From Octopus sinensis (taxonomy: Eukaryota): a stretch of DNA of 64,000 nucleotides. Where the stretch lies: assembly GCF_006345805.1 (NCBI RefSeq), contig NC_043016.1:21328001-21392000 (forward strand). The letters are read 5' to 3'. The translations under genes were made by a program, and so were the position numbers. Below the pieces are notes generated by a model. It was not told the origin of the DNA and did not search any database. It saw only the letters and a list, made by a program, of their open reading frames with translations. This document shows, piece after piece, positions 52,681 to 64,000 of this stretch (positions within the stretch are counted from its first letter, which is position 1; each line of letters opens with the position of its first letter).

Positions 52681-53006
52681 CAGGGGATTCAAAAGTCGCC
52701 ATACATAGGAATCTATCTTTTTATAAGAAACAGTTTTTTTTTAATTTAAAAGTCTCTATATGGTTACCATTGTTTTGAATACACATTGCAATGCGTTAAC
52801 CCCACTCATTGTGAACTACTAATAGCACATCTGGTGATTCGTTCCTTCAAATGATTTATGTCTTTTATCTTTCCGCGATACCCCATGCCTTTCAAATGTC
52901 CCCAAAGATAGAAATCAAAAGGGGCCAGATCAGGGGATCTTATAAACAATTTCTTATTAAAAAAATTAATTTTTCCTATGTATGAAACAAACTTTGAATC
53001 ACCCTA
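52681..53006 (-). mobile_element. Internally deleted Tc1/mariner element
   Basis: TA-flanked TIRs CAGGGGATTCAAAAG...CATACATAGG. Internal remnant SPDLAPFDFYLWGHLKGM on the minus strand. Confidence 0.8.
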
Positions 53007-53206
53007 TATATAATATATTATATATATATATATATACACACAAATTGAGATAGGGGTTGTCAACCCTCCATGGGATAACATATATCCAATATACTGCTAG
53101 TAAAGTACCCAACAAAGTTAATACATAAATGTTAAGAATTGTGATGCAATTAATTCATTTACTGTATTATATGGGCAAAGGTAAAATGTTTTGCCACAAA
53201 TTCATA

Positions 53207-54208
53207 ATACAAAATAAGAAAATGGAGAAATTCATCCAAATCAAATATCAACTACCAGATAATACCCAATCACATACTTTATTAAACCACCACATAAGAA
53301 ACTTTAAGGTCAAACATAATAATATAGAACAATTGAAATTATAAATTTGAACTTGGATGTACATCTGTGCACTTGTGGATCTTAATATCATGTAAACAGA
53401 ATGCTTTTATTTCATATTTTGTATGTATATGCAGATATTTAATGCTTCGCTTGGTACTGTAGTACTATTGTGGTCCTTAGTTTTGCTACTGTATTGCTAA
53501 TAATGGGATCTATATATTGTTTTACTAGTATTAGTGTTATTAATAATAAGAATAACGATATTGGTAGCATTAGTGGTAATGATAATGGTAATGATGTTAA
53601 CATTAATGACATTTTGTAAATTAATATGAATTAATATAATGTTCTCTTGACTCTGTATATCTGCATTTAGGTATTAATATGTGTATGTTTTCTACATTGT
53701 AATATCACAATATTAAGTTGAAAAACTGTAACATTGAATATGGAACGTATGTATGTTTATTGATTTATATTATTATGTATATGTATAGGAGTATGAGTAT
53801 ATGCACTCATATGTATATGTATATGATTTATTATGGGTATGTACCCACACTTATATAAGTGTATATGTAACTTGGTTTGTATTTCATAATCTCCGAAGAG
53901 GCCTTAGGATATTTTTGTAAATGTCTCATTTATAACTACATATTGACCTACCACAAATGGCTAATATAAGTAAAATGAGACGTACTTATCTGCATGGCCG
54001 AAACAGCTGTAAGATGTAGTATATTTTATCTCTTATACATATTGTACTTATTGTATCATATTACTCCTTTATGTACACTGTTTTGTTCTATATTATTATG
54101 TTTGACCGTAAAGTTTCTTATGTGGTGGTTTAATAAAGTATGTGATTGGGTATTATCTGGTAGTTGATATTTGATTTGGATGTATTTCTCCATTTTCTTA
54201 TTTTGTAT
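53207..54208 (+). mobile_element. Penelope-type pseudo-LTR fragment with a hammerhead-like motif and a 126-bp inverted terminal copy
   Basis: 53207-53332 is the reverse complement of 54083-54208 with 2 mismatches. Hammerhead-like motif at 53889-54015. The PLE assignment is inferred. Confidence 0.6.
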
Positions 54209-54888
54209 ATAATATATAAAGTGTATATATATGATGTATATATATAATGTGTATATATGTGTAGATATATATATGATGTATATATATATATATATGTGTA
54301 GATATATATATATATGATGTGTAGATATATATATATGATGTGTAGATATATATATATGATGTGTAGATATATATATATGATGTATATATATATATATATG
54401 TGTATGTATATATATATATATATATATATATAAATGTGTGTGTGTGTGTATATATATGTTAGAAGTATTAGGGGTGATGTACAGATTTAATACATATGAA
54501 AGAAAAAAGGTGTTCAGAATGCTGGATGGTTGTAAAAATATATATTTATTTACATATCACATATTCTTTCTTCATATTAGCGCTTTCAACTACTCCTGTA
54601 GTTTCCTGGTGAAACTACAGGAGTAGTTAAAAGCGCTAATATGAAAAAAATAATATGTAATATGTAAATAAATATATATTTTTACAACCATCCATCATTC
54701 TCAACACCTTTTATCAATTCAATAATGAAAACTTAAATGTTGCCATTTAGAAAAATTACGTATTGTAGAAAGATTAAATATAAGATAAAACATATAATGA
54801 TAATTAAGTAATGTGCAAAATAAATAAAACGTATATCTTTGGTAGAATAACTTCTTGACACGTGTTTCGCAGTGTATATATATATGTG

Positions 54889-54923
<35 letters not shown>

Positions 54924-54924
54924 C

Positions 54925-57138
54925 CTCCAGGCAATGACGGAGGAATTCAAGACAGGATGCCCCTGGGAGCTCCTCTATGCTGACAACCTTGCTCTAATTG
55001 CTGAGTTACTATCAGAACTAGAGGAGACGTTTGAGGTGTGGAAACAAGGATTAGAATCGATGACCTTAGAGTCAACCTAGCTAAAACCAAAGTCCTAATA
55101 AGTAGGAAGGCAGGCAAACCACAAATCCCTTCAGGTAGATGGCCCTGCTCGATCTGTAGAAAAGACGTAGGTAGAAACTCTATAAGATGTACCCAGTGTA
55201 AGCTATGGGTACATCTAGTTTTTAGTCAAGTCGGCGGGGCACTTATGTACCTAGAGTGGAAATGGCCCGTAATCCACCCCAGGGGAAGGTATATCATCGG
55301 CCAAACGTGGAGGGGCAGCACCCTCAGCCTGGTATGCGGGCCCCGTCCTTAGACCCACAAACCGTGTGTTTTTAAACTTATAGTTGTTTAATCAAACTGC
55401 AAAGCAGGCAATTGCCATGAGCACGTGGTCAAAACGATTAAGAAGGCGAAGTACCATCCCTCGGGAAAAGCAGGCAAACCACTTTCCTAGCCAACCAGAC
55501 AGGCACCCGAGTGCAGATTATGAAGGGCTCCAAACCAGCAGCGTATCCACCCGTTATTAGAAGTGTGATTTAAGCAGAGCAAATTCTAGTAGTGCCCCCT
55601 CGAGACGGTAAGGTTTCACACACCGGTAGAGCCCAATGGCGAATCCACCTGCCAGCTGGCAATCAGCAGGTCATAGCACATTGGGCCTCACCAACACAAG
55701 CAGGGCTAAGCACGCCAAACAGCCCTAGTGGTGAATCCACCTGTACCCAAACCAGGTCATAATTAACGGGTCTCTGCATACACCATAAATACGGGTCGTA
55801 GCAAACCAGTCGTCGACTATTGAGTTTCATTAGACTCTAGAAAGAGGCCATTCTGATATACAACCAGAACTGCCCAAAGACAACAGTCTCAACCAAATAT
55901 CGACCGAATCGCACATTCGCGACTAATGCATGTATGATCCTTGAAAAATGATCTACACCCTGGTGAACTGTTCGCGAACTAGGATGCAGTCATTCAAATC
56001 CAAGGGCCACCAACGCAACACTACACCCAAGTGAAAGCTGATTTTGGACAACTAGAAGGCCGAAAAGCGGACGCATGCCATCCACAGACAGAAATGCTCA
56101 CACCTCTCAACCATGATCAACTACGTGCTGCATGGCCCCCCACCAAATAATTGGAACTGCGTTGGGGCTGGACACTTATAGTTGGTCCGCGCAAGAGCAT
56201 CTACCCACTAGTATGCACCTGCACGGATGTAAGCTCTTTCACCATAACAAGGTAGTGTCCATGTGGGTGAAGCCTGGCAGTGAATCCATCTACCAGGTTA
56301 ACCCCGGCAAATCATAACATACCAGACAAACCCGATGGTGCATCCACCCACCACACCACCTCACTGCCGATGTTCCAATAGGGCACCACAGGTGTATATA
56401 CCCACAAACGCCACTCACAGTAATGTTCCTATAGGACACCACCAGTGCCCTCACACGAAACTCAAGCCTAAACAGCACCGAATGAGATCACCCATAGTGA
56501 AAAGAGTCATAAGTATACACACCCATTGCGAGGGGGGGCAGTGGGTCATAACCATCAAGCCTCACGAAAGAGCTATAAATAACACTGAAAATGTGCAGAG
56601 AAGAACTTCTGCCACATTCCAGGGAGAAAAACTTGAAGTAGTTGATAGCTTCCGTTACCTAGGTGATCAAGTCAGTAGTGGGGGAGGGTGCGCTGAAAGT
56701 GTAGTTGCTAGAATACGAATAGTCTGCGCTAAGTTCAGAGAGCTCTTACCTCTGCTGGTGACAAAGGGTCTCTCGCTCAGAGTAAAAGGTAGACTGTACG
56801 ACGCATGTGTACAAACAGCCATGCTACATGGCAGTGAAACATGGGCTGTGACTGCTGAGGACATGCGTAAGCTTGCAAGGAATGAAGTCAGCATTCTCCG
56901 ATTGATGTGTAATGTCAGTGTTCATACTCGATAGATTGTAAGTACCTTGAGAGAAAGGTTGGACCTAAGAAGCATCAGATGTGTGCAAGAGAGACATTTG
57001 CGCTGGTATGGTCATATGGTGAGGATAGCTGTGTGAAAAAGTGCCACACCCTAGCAGTTGAGGGAACCTGTGGAAGAGGTAGACCCAGGAAGACCTGGGA
57101 CGAGATGGTGAAGTATGACCTTTAAACATTGGGCCTCA

Positions 57139-57142
<4 letters not shown>
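54925..57142 (+). mobile_element. RTE LINE RT C-terminal region, interrupted by a 1.36-kb unrelated insert
   Basis: GCPWELLYADNL; GRWPCSICRKDVGRNSIRC; EKLEVVDSFRYLGDQVS; MLHGSETW; RWYGH; GRGRPRKTW. Confidence 0.9.
55215..56575. other. Unclassified GC-rich insert (roughly 50% GC by eye) with repeated structured motifs
   Basis: Sharp compositional contrast with the window, no recognisable protein domain, and internal degenerate repeats (see findings). Confidence 0.75.
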
Positions 57143-57172
<30 letters not shown>

Positions 57173-58919
57173 TGTGTATATATATCTGCACATATATGTA
57201 TATATATATATATATATATAGATGTATATGTATACATGCATTTGTACAGATGTATAGATGCATATGTATAGATGTATGTATATATGCATGTATATATGGA
57301 TATTATTCAACCACAGCAGTGGTTGAATATATTCTTAAATTCACGAGTTCGTCAATCACAGCAGCTTCCAAGCTTCACCACTAATTCAGTTCTCAACTAT
57401 ATTGCAAATTGTTAATAGTTTTAAAGAGGACACCTCCTCAGCTACACTTTGACATAAATAGTTTGAGATTTGATTCAGTAGAAAAAAAGTTACATCAAAA
57501 TATCTGCAACCTCAATGGGGGCACTAAGGCAGGTATTCATCTTCAAGTAACAAACATTTTAATTTTAAATTAAAAGTATAATTTTCTTAGGCTTATATGA
57601 TAGAAATATGCATGACGAATTCAGAATCACTAGTCGCATTGAACAAAAATTAGCAGAAAAAGAGTTATGGGGTAAAATGTCATGAAATTTCATGTCAGCA
57701 ATTAAGGGTGTAACGCTTAAGAATAAAGAATATATTTCTAAAATGAATGTTTACAATGAGCTGGCAGAAATATTAGTGCACCGGGTGAAATGCTTAATGG
57801 TATATCATCTGTCTTTATGTTATTGTGTTCAAATTTTGCTGAGGTTGACTTTGACATACAGATTATTTAATTTTTTTTTTAACTAAACACTTTCAAACTT
57901 CTGATACAGTAGAATATGTGACATAGAACAGGGTTTATTCTTAATGTTTTTGACAAAATTTTGTATTTTAGAAGCGGTATTTCATCTGTTTTTATGTTCT
58001 GAGTTCAAATTCTGCTGAGGTCTCTGTTGTTGGAGCACCTTCAGTATGGGTATCATTCACACTTCTATCTGTATTTGTGAAGATTGCATCTAGTCTTGAA
58101 ATAAGTAAATTTAACTTATTAGATATTTCTGTGAGAAGTTCTATATTTTTTGGTGTTTCTCAACTGTGAGTTTGAATTGTGTTCCATTCATTCTGGCGTC
58201 TTGTACATCCAAGGAGATATGTATAGAGTGTTAGGTGTAATGTACAGAATTGAATATTGAGAAAATAAAAAGTTGTCAGAATTTTGGAAACAAATCCTTT
58301 GATATCTTATTTTTAGCGCTTTCATTTCATTCTAGAATTTTTCAAATACAATTTTATGAATGTACAAACAGCTTATTCATTTATAGAAAACATGTTTTTT
58401 TGGGGTTTAGTTTAGAAAACGTTTGTTTTTTTGCGTTCCAAGACAATGGAGATGGATAAATAGAAATATAGGTAGATGGATAGATAGATAGATAGATAGT
58501 CAGACAGATAGATAGATGAGTAGAAGCAAAGATAGAGAGAAGGGGCATCCACCTTCCTATTCACCATTCATTCATTGAGAAATTACAACCATGTTTCATG
58601 GTTTGCTACCTCAACAGCTCCTTTATAGGATCCAGTGGCTAAAGACATCATCAGGAGGAACCATGTCCGGTTTCGGCCCCTACTCTTCTACCGTTTTCGA
58701 CGTGGCGGGGGCCCCACTTTCGGAAGTGTCTTCAGCTCTGGTGTTGAGTGCATTTCTTCTTTCTCCTTCTGTCCTCTTCGATGCAGCATCGAGTGTCAGC
58801 AGGCGACTGACCATCCTGCCAAATTTCATTTTAAATACTCGGTAAGCTCCAGCACCAGTTAGTTGTCTAGTGACACTGTCTAAACTTCAAATGACCAATG
58901 AGAAGGGCGTGTAATCTTA

Positions 58920-61760
58920 GAACATGCTAACTATGAATTAATTTAATTATGATCTAAGCAGTTTATTTTAAGTAGTGAATATACCAGAATTGTTATATAT
59001 AAGCTAAGTATGAATTTATAGAGGTACAGATATTAGATTTATTTTATAAATAAATAAAGGCTATTATAAAATAATAAATAAAATAGGGCAGAACATCATA
59101 GAAGAGGAACAAAATAGCTTAACCCTTTCGTTACCAAACCGCCCGAAAAAAATTTTGGTTAATGTGACCAAACCGCCCAAAGCCGCCTGAATTTACCTAT
59201 TCATATTTAAATGAGAATATCAGAGCAAATCTCTTTAGTACATTCGTGAAAATACGTATTATACTTCGTAAAGAGTTCAACTACAGTTTTGTACAAAAAT
59301 CGAAGTGTAATTTTAATTCCGTGAATTTTGGGAGATTTTTTTCCGAAATTTGTTCCTATTGTGTTTTCAAAATTTGTAATTCTGACAAAAAATGGATACG
59401 AATTTCATTATATCAAGCAGCGAGTCAGAATTTGAAGGATTTTCTACTGAAGACCTTCATAAATCTAACTCTATGACTGAAAAAAAAAAGCATATGGTAT
59501 TTGATAATGAATCTGATGTTTCATTTTCCGAAAGTGAAAACAGTGAATCCGAGAGCTCCGACAGCGATAAAGAAAATGAATTGGCACCTGAATGGAGTGA
59601 AAATTTAAAAACTGTTTCTTTCGGTGATTTTTCTGAAGAAACTGGACCAAGCCACAGACTTTCCCAAGAGAGTAAAGCCTTAGACTATTTCTTTTTACTT
59701 TTTCGAATGAGCCTATTTGAAATCATTACGGCGGAAATGAACCGTTACGCTAAATGTAAACAAAGCGAAAGAAAGGATAGTTAGTGGTTTCCCACAACCT
59801 TAAATGAAATTAAAACTATTTTGCCATAAATATTATTATGGGTATCAGAAAGTTATCCAGAATAACAAATTCTATTGTAAAATTTTGTTGTATACCCAAT
59901 TGAATATTAGCTAATAACCCATTTTCTAAGCGATGTTTGAACAAAATTTTAATAATTTTATATTTTGTTGAATTTACCTGTATCTACCTGCAATTAGAGT
60001 CACTTTGTGACAAAAATTATAGTATAGAATTGGTTGAGAACATTTCATTAAATTATCTTCCAAAATTCCCGTTAATATATTGATAAATAAAAAAGTTATA
60101 GTTGTTTAATGAAACCAGACTAAATTTATGATTATGTTAGAAATTAATTGAAACACATAAGGGGTGTATTTTGGTCAGAAATATAGTAACGAAAGGGTTA
60201 ATCACTAAAACCATGATAAAGTATATGTGGCTTATTAACCACAATAGAGAAGATGTATAGAAAATGTATAATTCAAAATATACTAAACTAAAAATTGTAT
60301 ATTTACTTATATAGCTAGTATCAATAAAGACTGATACCTGGTATTAGCTATGGGAATATTTGTTATGCGACATTCTAATTTTACACTAATTTTTTAAAAC
60401 TAAGGGTTATATTATAAGTTTTAGAAGTTATTATTGTAACTCTTTTAGTTTCTTAGGGATATTTAATTAGAAGGGCTACTTATATAACGAAGAGTTAAAT
60501 CAAGTAACTTCTAAAGATCATTTCAAACAATATTGCCATATTGTATAAAGTTAAAATTTAGGGTAGTCAAGAAGATTATTAAAAATGATATTATAACAAA
60601 AGGGTAAAACTTCTATAAATACTTTTGAGTATATACCAAATTTTACAATAGAGAGAGAAAGGAAATTACATAGAAATTGTTCAGTATTTATACTTATTAT
60701 TTATCTAAATATAAACTTAGATGGTATCTGGAGATTGATCAATTGAAAAATTAATTGGTATTTAATAAAGGAGCAACTGAAGCTAAAGAACATGTTAACC
60801 ATATACTAATTTAATTAAATTTAATTATTTTAAGTTGCGGAGATACCGGTATTGTTTTATATAAGCTGAGTATGCTTTAATAGGTGTACAAAGATTAGAT
60901 TTGTTAAAGGCTACTATAAAATAATAAAATGATCAGGTGGGGTGGTGCACCATAGAAAAGGAAGAAAGATAGCCTAATCACTAAAACCATTACAAAGAAT
61001 ATATAACTAATTAACTTCAATGGAGAAGATTTATAGAAACTGTATAATAATTTAAGTATTGTGAACTAAAAATTGTTTATTAACTTATTTAGCTTATTAC
61101 AATCAAGACTGATACCCAGTATTGGTTAAAAGAATATTGTCATTTAAAAGAACATGCTAATTATACACTAATTTTAAATGAAGAGATATAATATAGTATA
61201 GGTTTTAAAAGTTATTAGTGTTGATCTGTACATGATATTACAGTTTCTTAGGGGTACTTAATTAGAAGGGCTGCTTGTATAAAAGCTAATATAAATACTA
61301 AGATCAGGAGGATGGAACCCTTTAAGGAAGGGATAATAAATTAATTTCTAAAAACTATTTTAAGCAATATAGCCATATCGTATAAAGTTAAAATTTTGGG
61401 TTATCAAGAAGATTTAGCATTGAGGTGAAAGAACTAATTAATTATAAATTAATTAAATTATAATTTAAGCAGTTTAATTTAAAGTTGAGAAGACACCCCT
61501 ATTGTTTTATATAAGCTAAGTATGAATTTATAGGGGTACAAAAATTTAGGTTTATCTAAAAGCAACTAAAAATTGTTTATTTACTTATTTAGCTAGTATC
61601 TATGATGACTAATACTCTGTATTAATTAAAGGAATATTTATGCTCTAGGACATTCAAAACTATGCACTGATTTTAAACTAAGAGGTATATGATAGGTTTT
61701 AAATCACAAGGTAAATTAAGTGCTACTTTCTAAAATATTTAAAGATACAAGTGTCACTAT
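58920..61760. repeat. Diverged AT-rich tandem repeat (about 2.5 units of 650-780 bp) just 3' of a PLE endonuclease
   Basis: Marker tatataagct(a/g)agtatg at about 58995, 60858 and 61508. The piggyBac splits the first unit. Confidence 0.7.
59123..60197 (+). mobile_element. Internally deleted piggyBac element
   Basis: TTAA TSD at 59119-59122 and 60198-60201; TIR CCCTTTCGTTAC. ORF 59392-59784 has an acidic N-terminus plus ALDYFFLLF...EMNRYA, and continues W.PTTLNEIK...IMGI. Confidence 0.9.
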
Positions 61761-61828
61761 GTACACATGATACCTTAAGGTCTAATCGATTATTAATCAG
61801 GTTGCCTTTATCTTTTTGCTTAAAAATT

Positions 61829-62230
61829 TCATGTTTTCATAGAACACAGCTCACACCCATATCTGCTATTTCTATAAGGCTGTGCTTTTCTTATTATTTC
61901 CCATTTGAGGCTAAACCCAATTCCACTTTCCTTCAATTTCCAAATCTTACTGGATAATGACGTACAATTCGCCTTATGTTTAAGTTTAAAAAACGACATG
62001 TGGTTGTATAAATGCTGTTTAAAATTAATCGAACATCCAAAGTATATATAATTATTAGTTGAAGTTATTATAGTACATTTATATATTATGTTCTGGTTAA
62101 GACATCGGCCTAATAACAGACAGCGGGATTTAATCCTACAATTGCAACTAGGTGAATTATTATTATTAATATTATTAAGATTTAAATTCTTATTATTAAT
62201 ATTTACTCTATTAATATTTCTATTATACAA
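61829..62230 (-). mobile_element. Penelope-like GIY-YIG endonuclease remnant (second PLE family)
   Basis: CNCRIKSRCLLLGRCLNQNIIYKCTI...YIYFG...FKQHLYNH...TSLSSKIWKLK...LKWEII...CELC. Confidence 0.85.
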
Positions 62231-62902
62231 TATAGCAGTATTGCTTAAAATATTTAATTATAGTACTACATAAGATTTCCGCTGTTTCATTATGAATGGT
62301 CGGCTGGTGGCCAGCTCCCTTAATTGTCAGCTAACATCTTGATTTAAGTTTTCTTTTACCAAATCCCATGATATTGCTTCAAATAAATCTTGATTTTTAT
62401 GACTTTACCTGCTGTGATTTCTGTCAACTTCCTCAACCCTAACAGACCTGGCCTTAGATATACAAGAATTTGATAAAACTAGTTTATAAATTAAAACTGA
62501 CCCCATATAAAAGTGACAAGCAAAATCTGTAACAAGTCTTTCTTCCTGATAACTTAGTAGCTTCTAAGTGGAAGGAAGGGCAACAATGTTCTTTGTCTAT
62601 CTCCTTAATTTCATAGAGATTTTAGGCAAAATTATACTAATGTATCCACCTGTTTTAATTTAATTAAATTCTATGTCTTTGTGCAGCTGAGGATTTCTCT
62701 GCATTTAAATTGATGTAATGGTTGCATTGTTCAATTGAATGGAGTTGCATGAAACTATTGTACTGCATTACCTCTGGATATCCTTGTTGCTTATTTTGAT
62801 TTTAATCACCTTACTTTGAAATTGTATGGATAATACTGTACTAAAATCTGGTGCCTCAACTTAAGTACCATATTCATCTGAATCTAAATTTTGCTGAACT
62901 CC

Positions 62903-62937
<35 letters not shown>

Positions 62938-62944
62938 ATATATA

Positions 62945-63829
62945 CTAGCAGTATCGCCCGGCGTTGCTCGGGTTTGTAAGGGAAATAACTATAAAGCATT
63001 TTTAGAGAGTTATAGCCAAAAAAATGCATTAAAAATGGGAAAAAAAATTATAGTAAATTTTTTTTAAATCGTTGACTCATCGTAGACATTTTTAGAGAGT
63101 TACTTCCCTTATATAATAGCAAAAAAATGCATTAAAATGGAAAAAATGATGTTAAATTATTTTTAAAATCGTAGACTCATCGTAGACGCGCGCTAATACC
63201 CAGAAGGGCTCGATATGAATCACGACTATAAGATACCCGGTTTTGGTTAAAATGTGGGAGTAGTTAGGAATCTAAATCGTAGGAGACAGACACACAACTT
63301 CACTTTTATATATAAAGATTTGTGCAACAACTAAAACATTCGGTTGTGCAAATTGTTTGCACAGGAAACCTGCCCTGTGTGGCGGTTTTTGCCGTTTTTG
63401 TGGATCTGTTTCAGCTTTTTTAGCGATTTCTGTTTTGGCGACTTCAAGCCATGAAGTCGTTCTAAAAGAACGCTGGTCTCCTTGACAACGCTTTACGATG
63501 TTGATTTCCTTACACTCCCTTCCCCACAGCTTCACGAGGGAGGGAAGAAGGGGGAGAAGCAACACGGGTGCAGGTGTGAGCATGGACGCCAACTCCGCCG
63601 CCATCGACACACAAAAAAATATGTGTTAAAATGGAAAAAAATTATGGTAAATTATTTTTAAAATCGTAGACTCATCGTAGACGCGCGCTAATACCCAGAC
63701 GGGCTCGATATGAATCACGACTATAAGATACCCGAATTTGGTTAAACTGCACTGCAAAATGTGGGAGTAGTTAGGAATCTAAATCGTAGGAGACAGACAC
63801 TCACACAACTTCACTTTTATATATATAGA
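62945..63829 (-). mobile_element. Composite non-autonomous Helitron: two 5' ends and one 3' end
   Basis: Same family as 24605-25125. 5' TC ends at 63829 and 63318; a single hairpin plus CTAG 3' end at 62945. Confidence 0.85.
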
Positions 63830-64000
63830 TATATGTGTGTGTGTGTATGTATATATATATATGTGTGTGTATATATATGTATGTGTATATATACACACAC
63901 ACACATATATATGTATATAAATTAGAGAACACCATGAAGCAATTCAACAATGATATACTTAAATCATGCCATATAGAAAAAAATTAAAGATACAATAAAA

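Noticed and set aside
55638-56317. Family of short peptides ending (G/S)ES(T/I)..(R/K)S-stop
   Set aside because: Two of the three frames have no start codon. The similarity is fully explained by the shared nucleotide motif.
55631-56327. SECIS elements (AUGA...GA) as the identity of the repeated minus-strand motif
   Set aside because: Helix II is only 5-7 bp, the quartet register needs a bulge, there is no consistent apical AAR, and no UGA-containing ORF lies upstream.
56380-56412. Hairpin-ribozyme loop B resemblance (minus strand CGTTTGTGGGTATATACACCTG)
   Set aside because: The partner AGAAACA strand and loop A were not found, and the resemblance is limited to one copy.
58590-58862. GC-rich ORFs and hammerhead-like words (GAAAC...CTGATGA on the minus strand)
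   Set aside because: No homology recognised and no stem I can form. It may be the 5' region of a retroelement, but this is unsupported.

Overview
AT-rich eukaryotic DNA, most likely from an octopus (cephalopod). This is inferred from the tRNA/CORE-type and Deu/Nin-type SINEs, the RTE LINE tails ending in (GAT)n and the dense (TA)n/(CA)n microsatellites. One protein-coding gene is well supported: RWDD4 on the + strand, with 6 coding exons at 33117-44826 giving 193 aa, a probable 5' exon ending at 28093 and an ETS/YY1-type promoter. A second promoter-like site with a candidate orphan first exon lies at about 50895-50961. The rest is mostly decayed, often nested transposons: Gypsy, RTE, Penelope-like, hAT, Tc1/mariner, Merlin, piggyBac, Helitron and SINEs. 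Almost all ORFs in the supplied track are TE remnants or microsatellite artefacts. The best leads are: (1) a 1.36-kb GC-rich insert in an RTE LINE carrying several copies of an unrecognised, covarying two-stem internal-loop motif that folds best on the minus strand; (2) several type I hammerhead-ribozyme-like motifs, including a 343-bp tandem retrozyme-like repeat and a copy with a roughly 90-nt stem II extension; (3) a uORF/alternative N-terminus switch and a 155-bp intron-to-intron duplication in RWDD4. All calls were made by eye; no database search or folding program was run.
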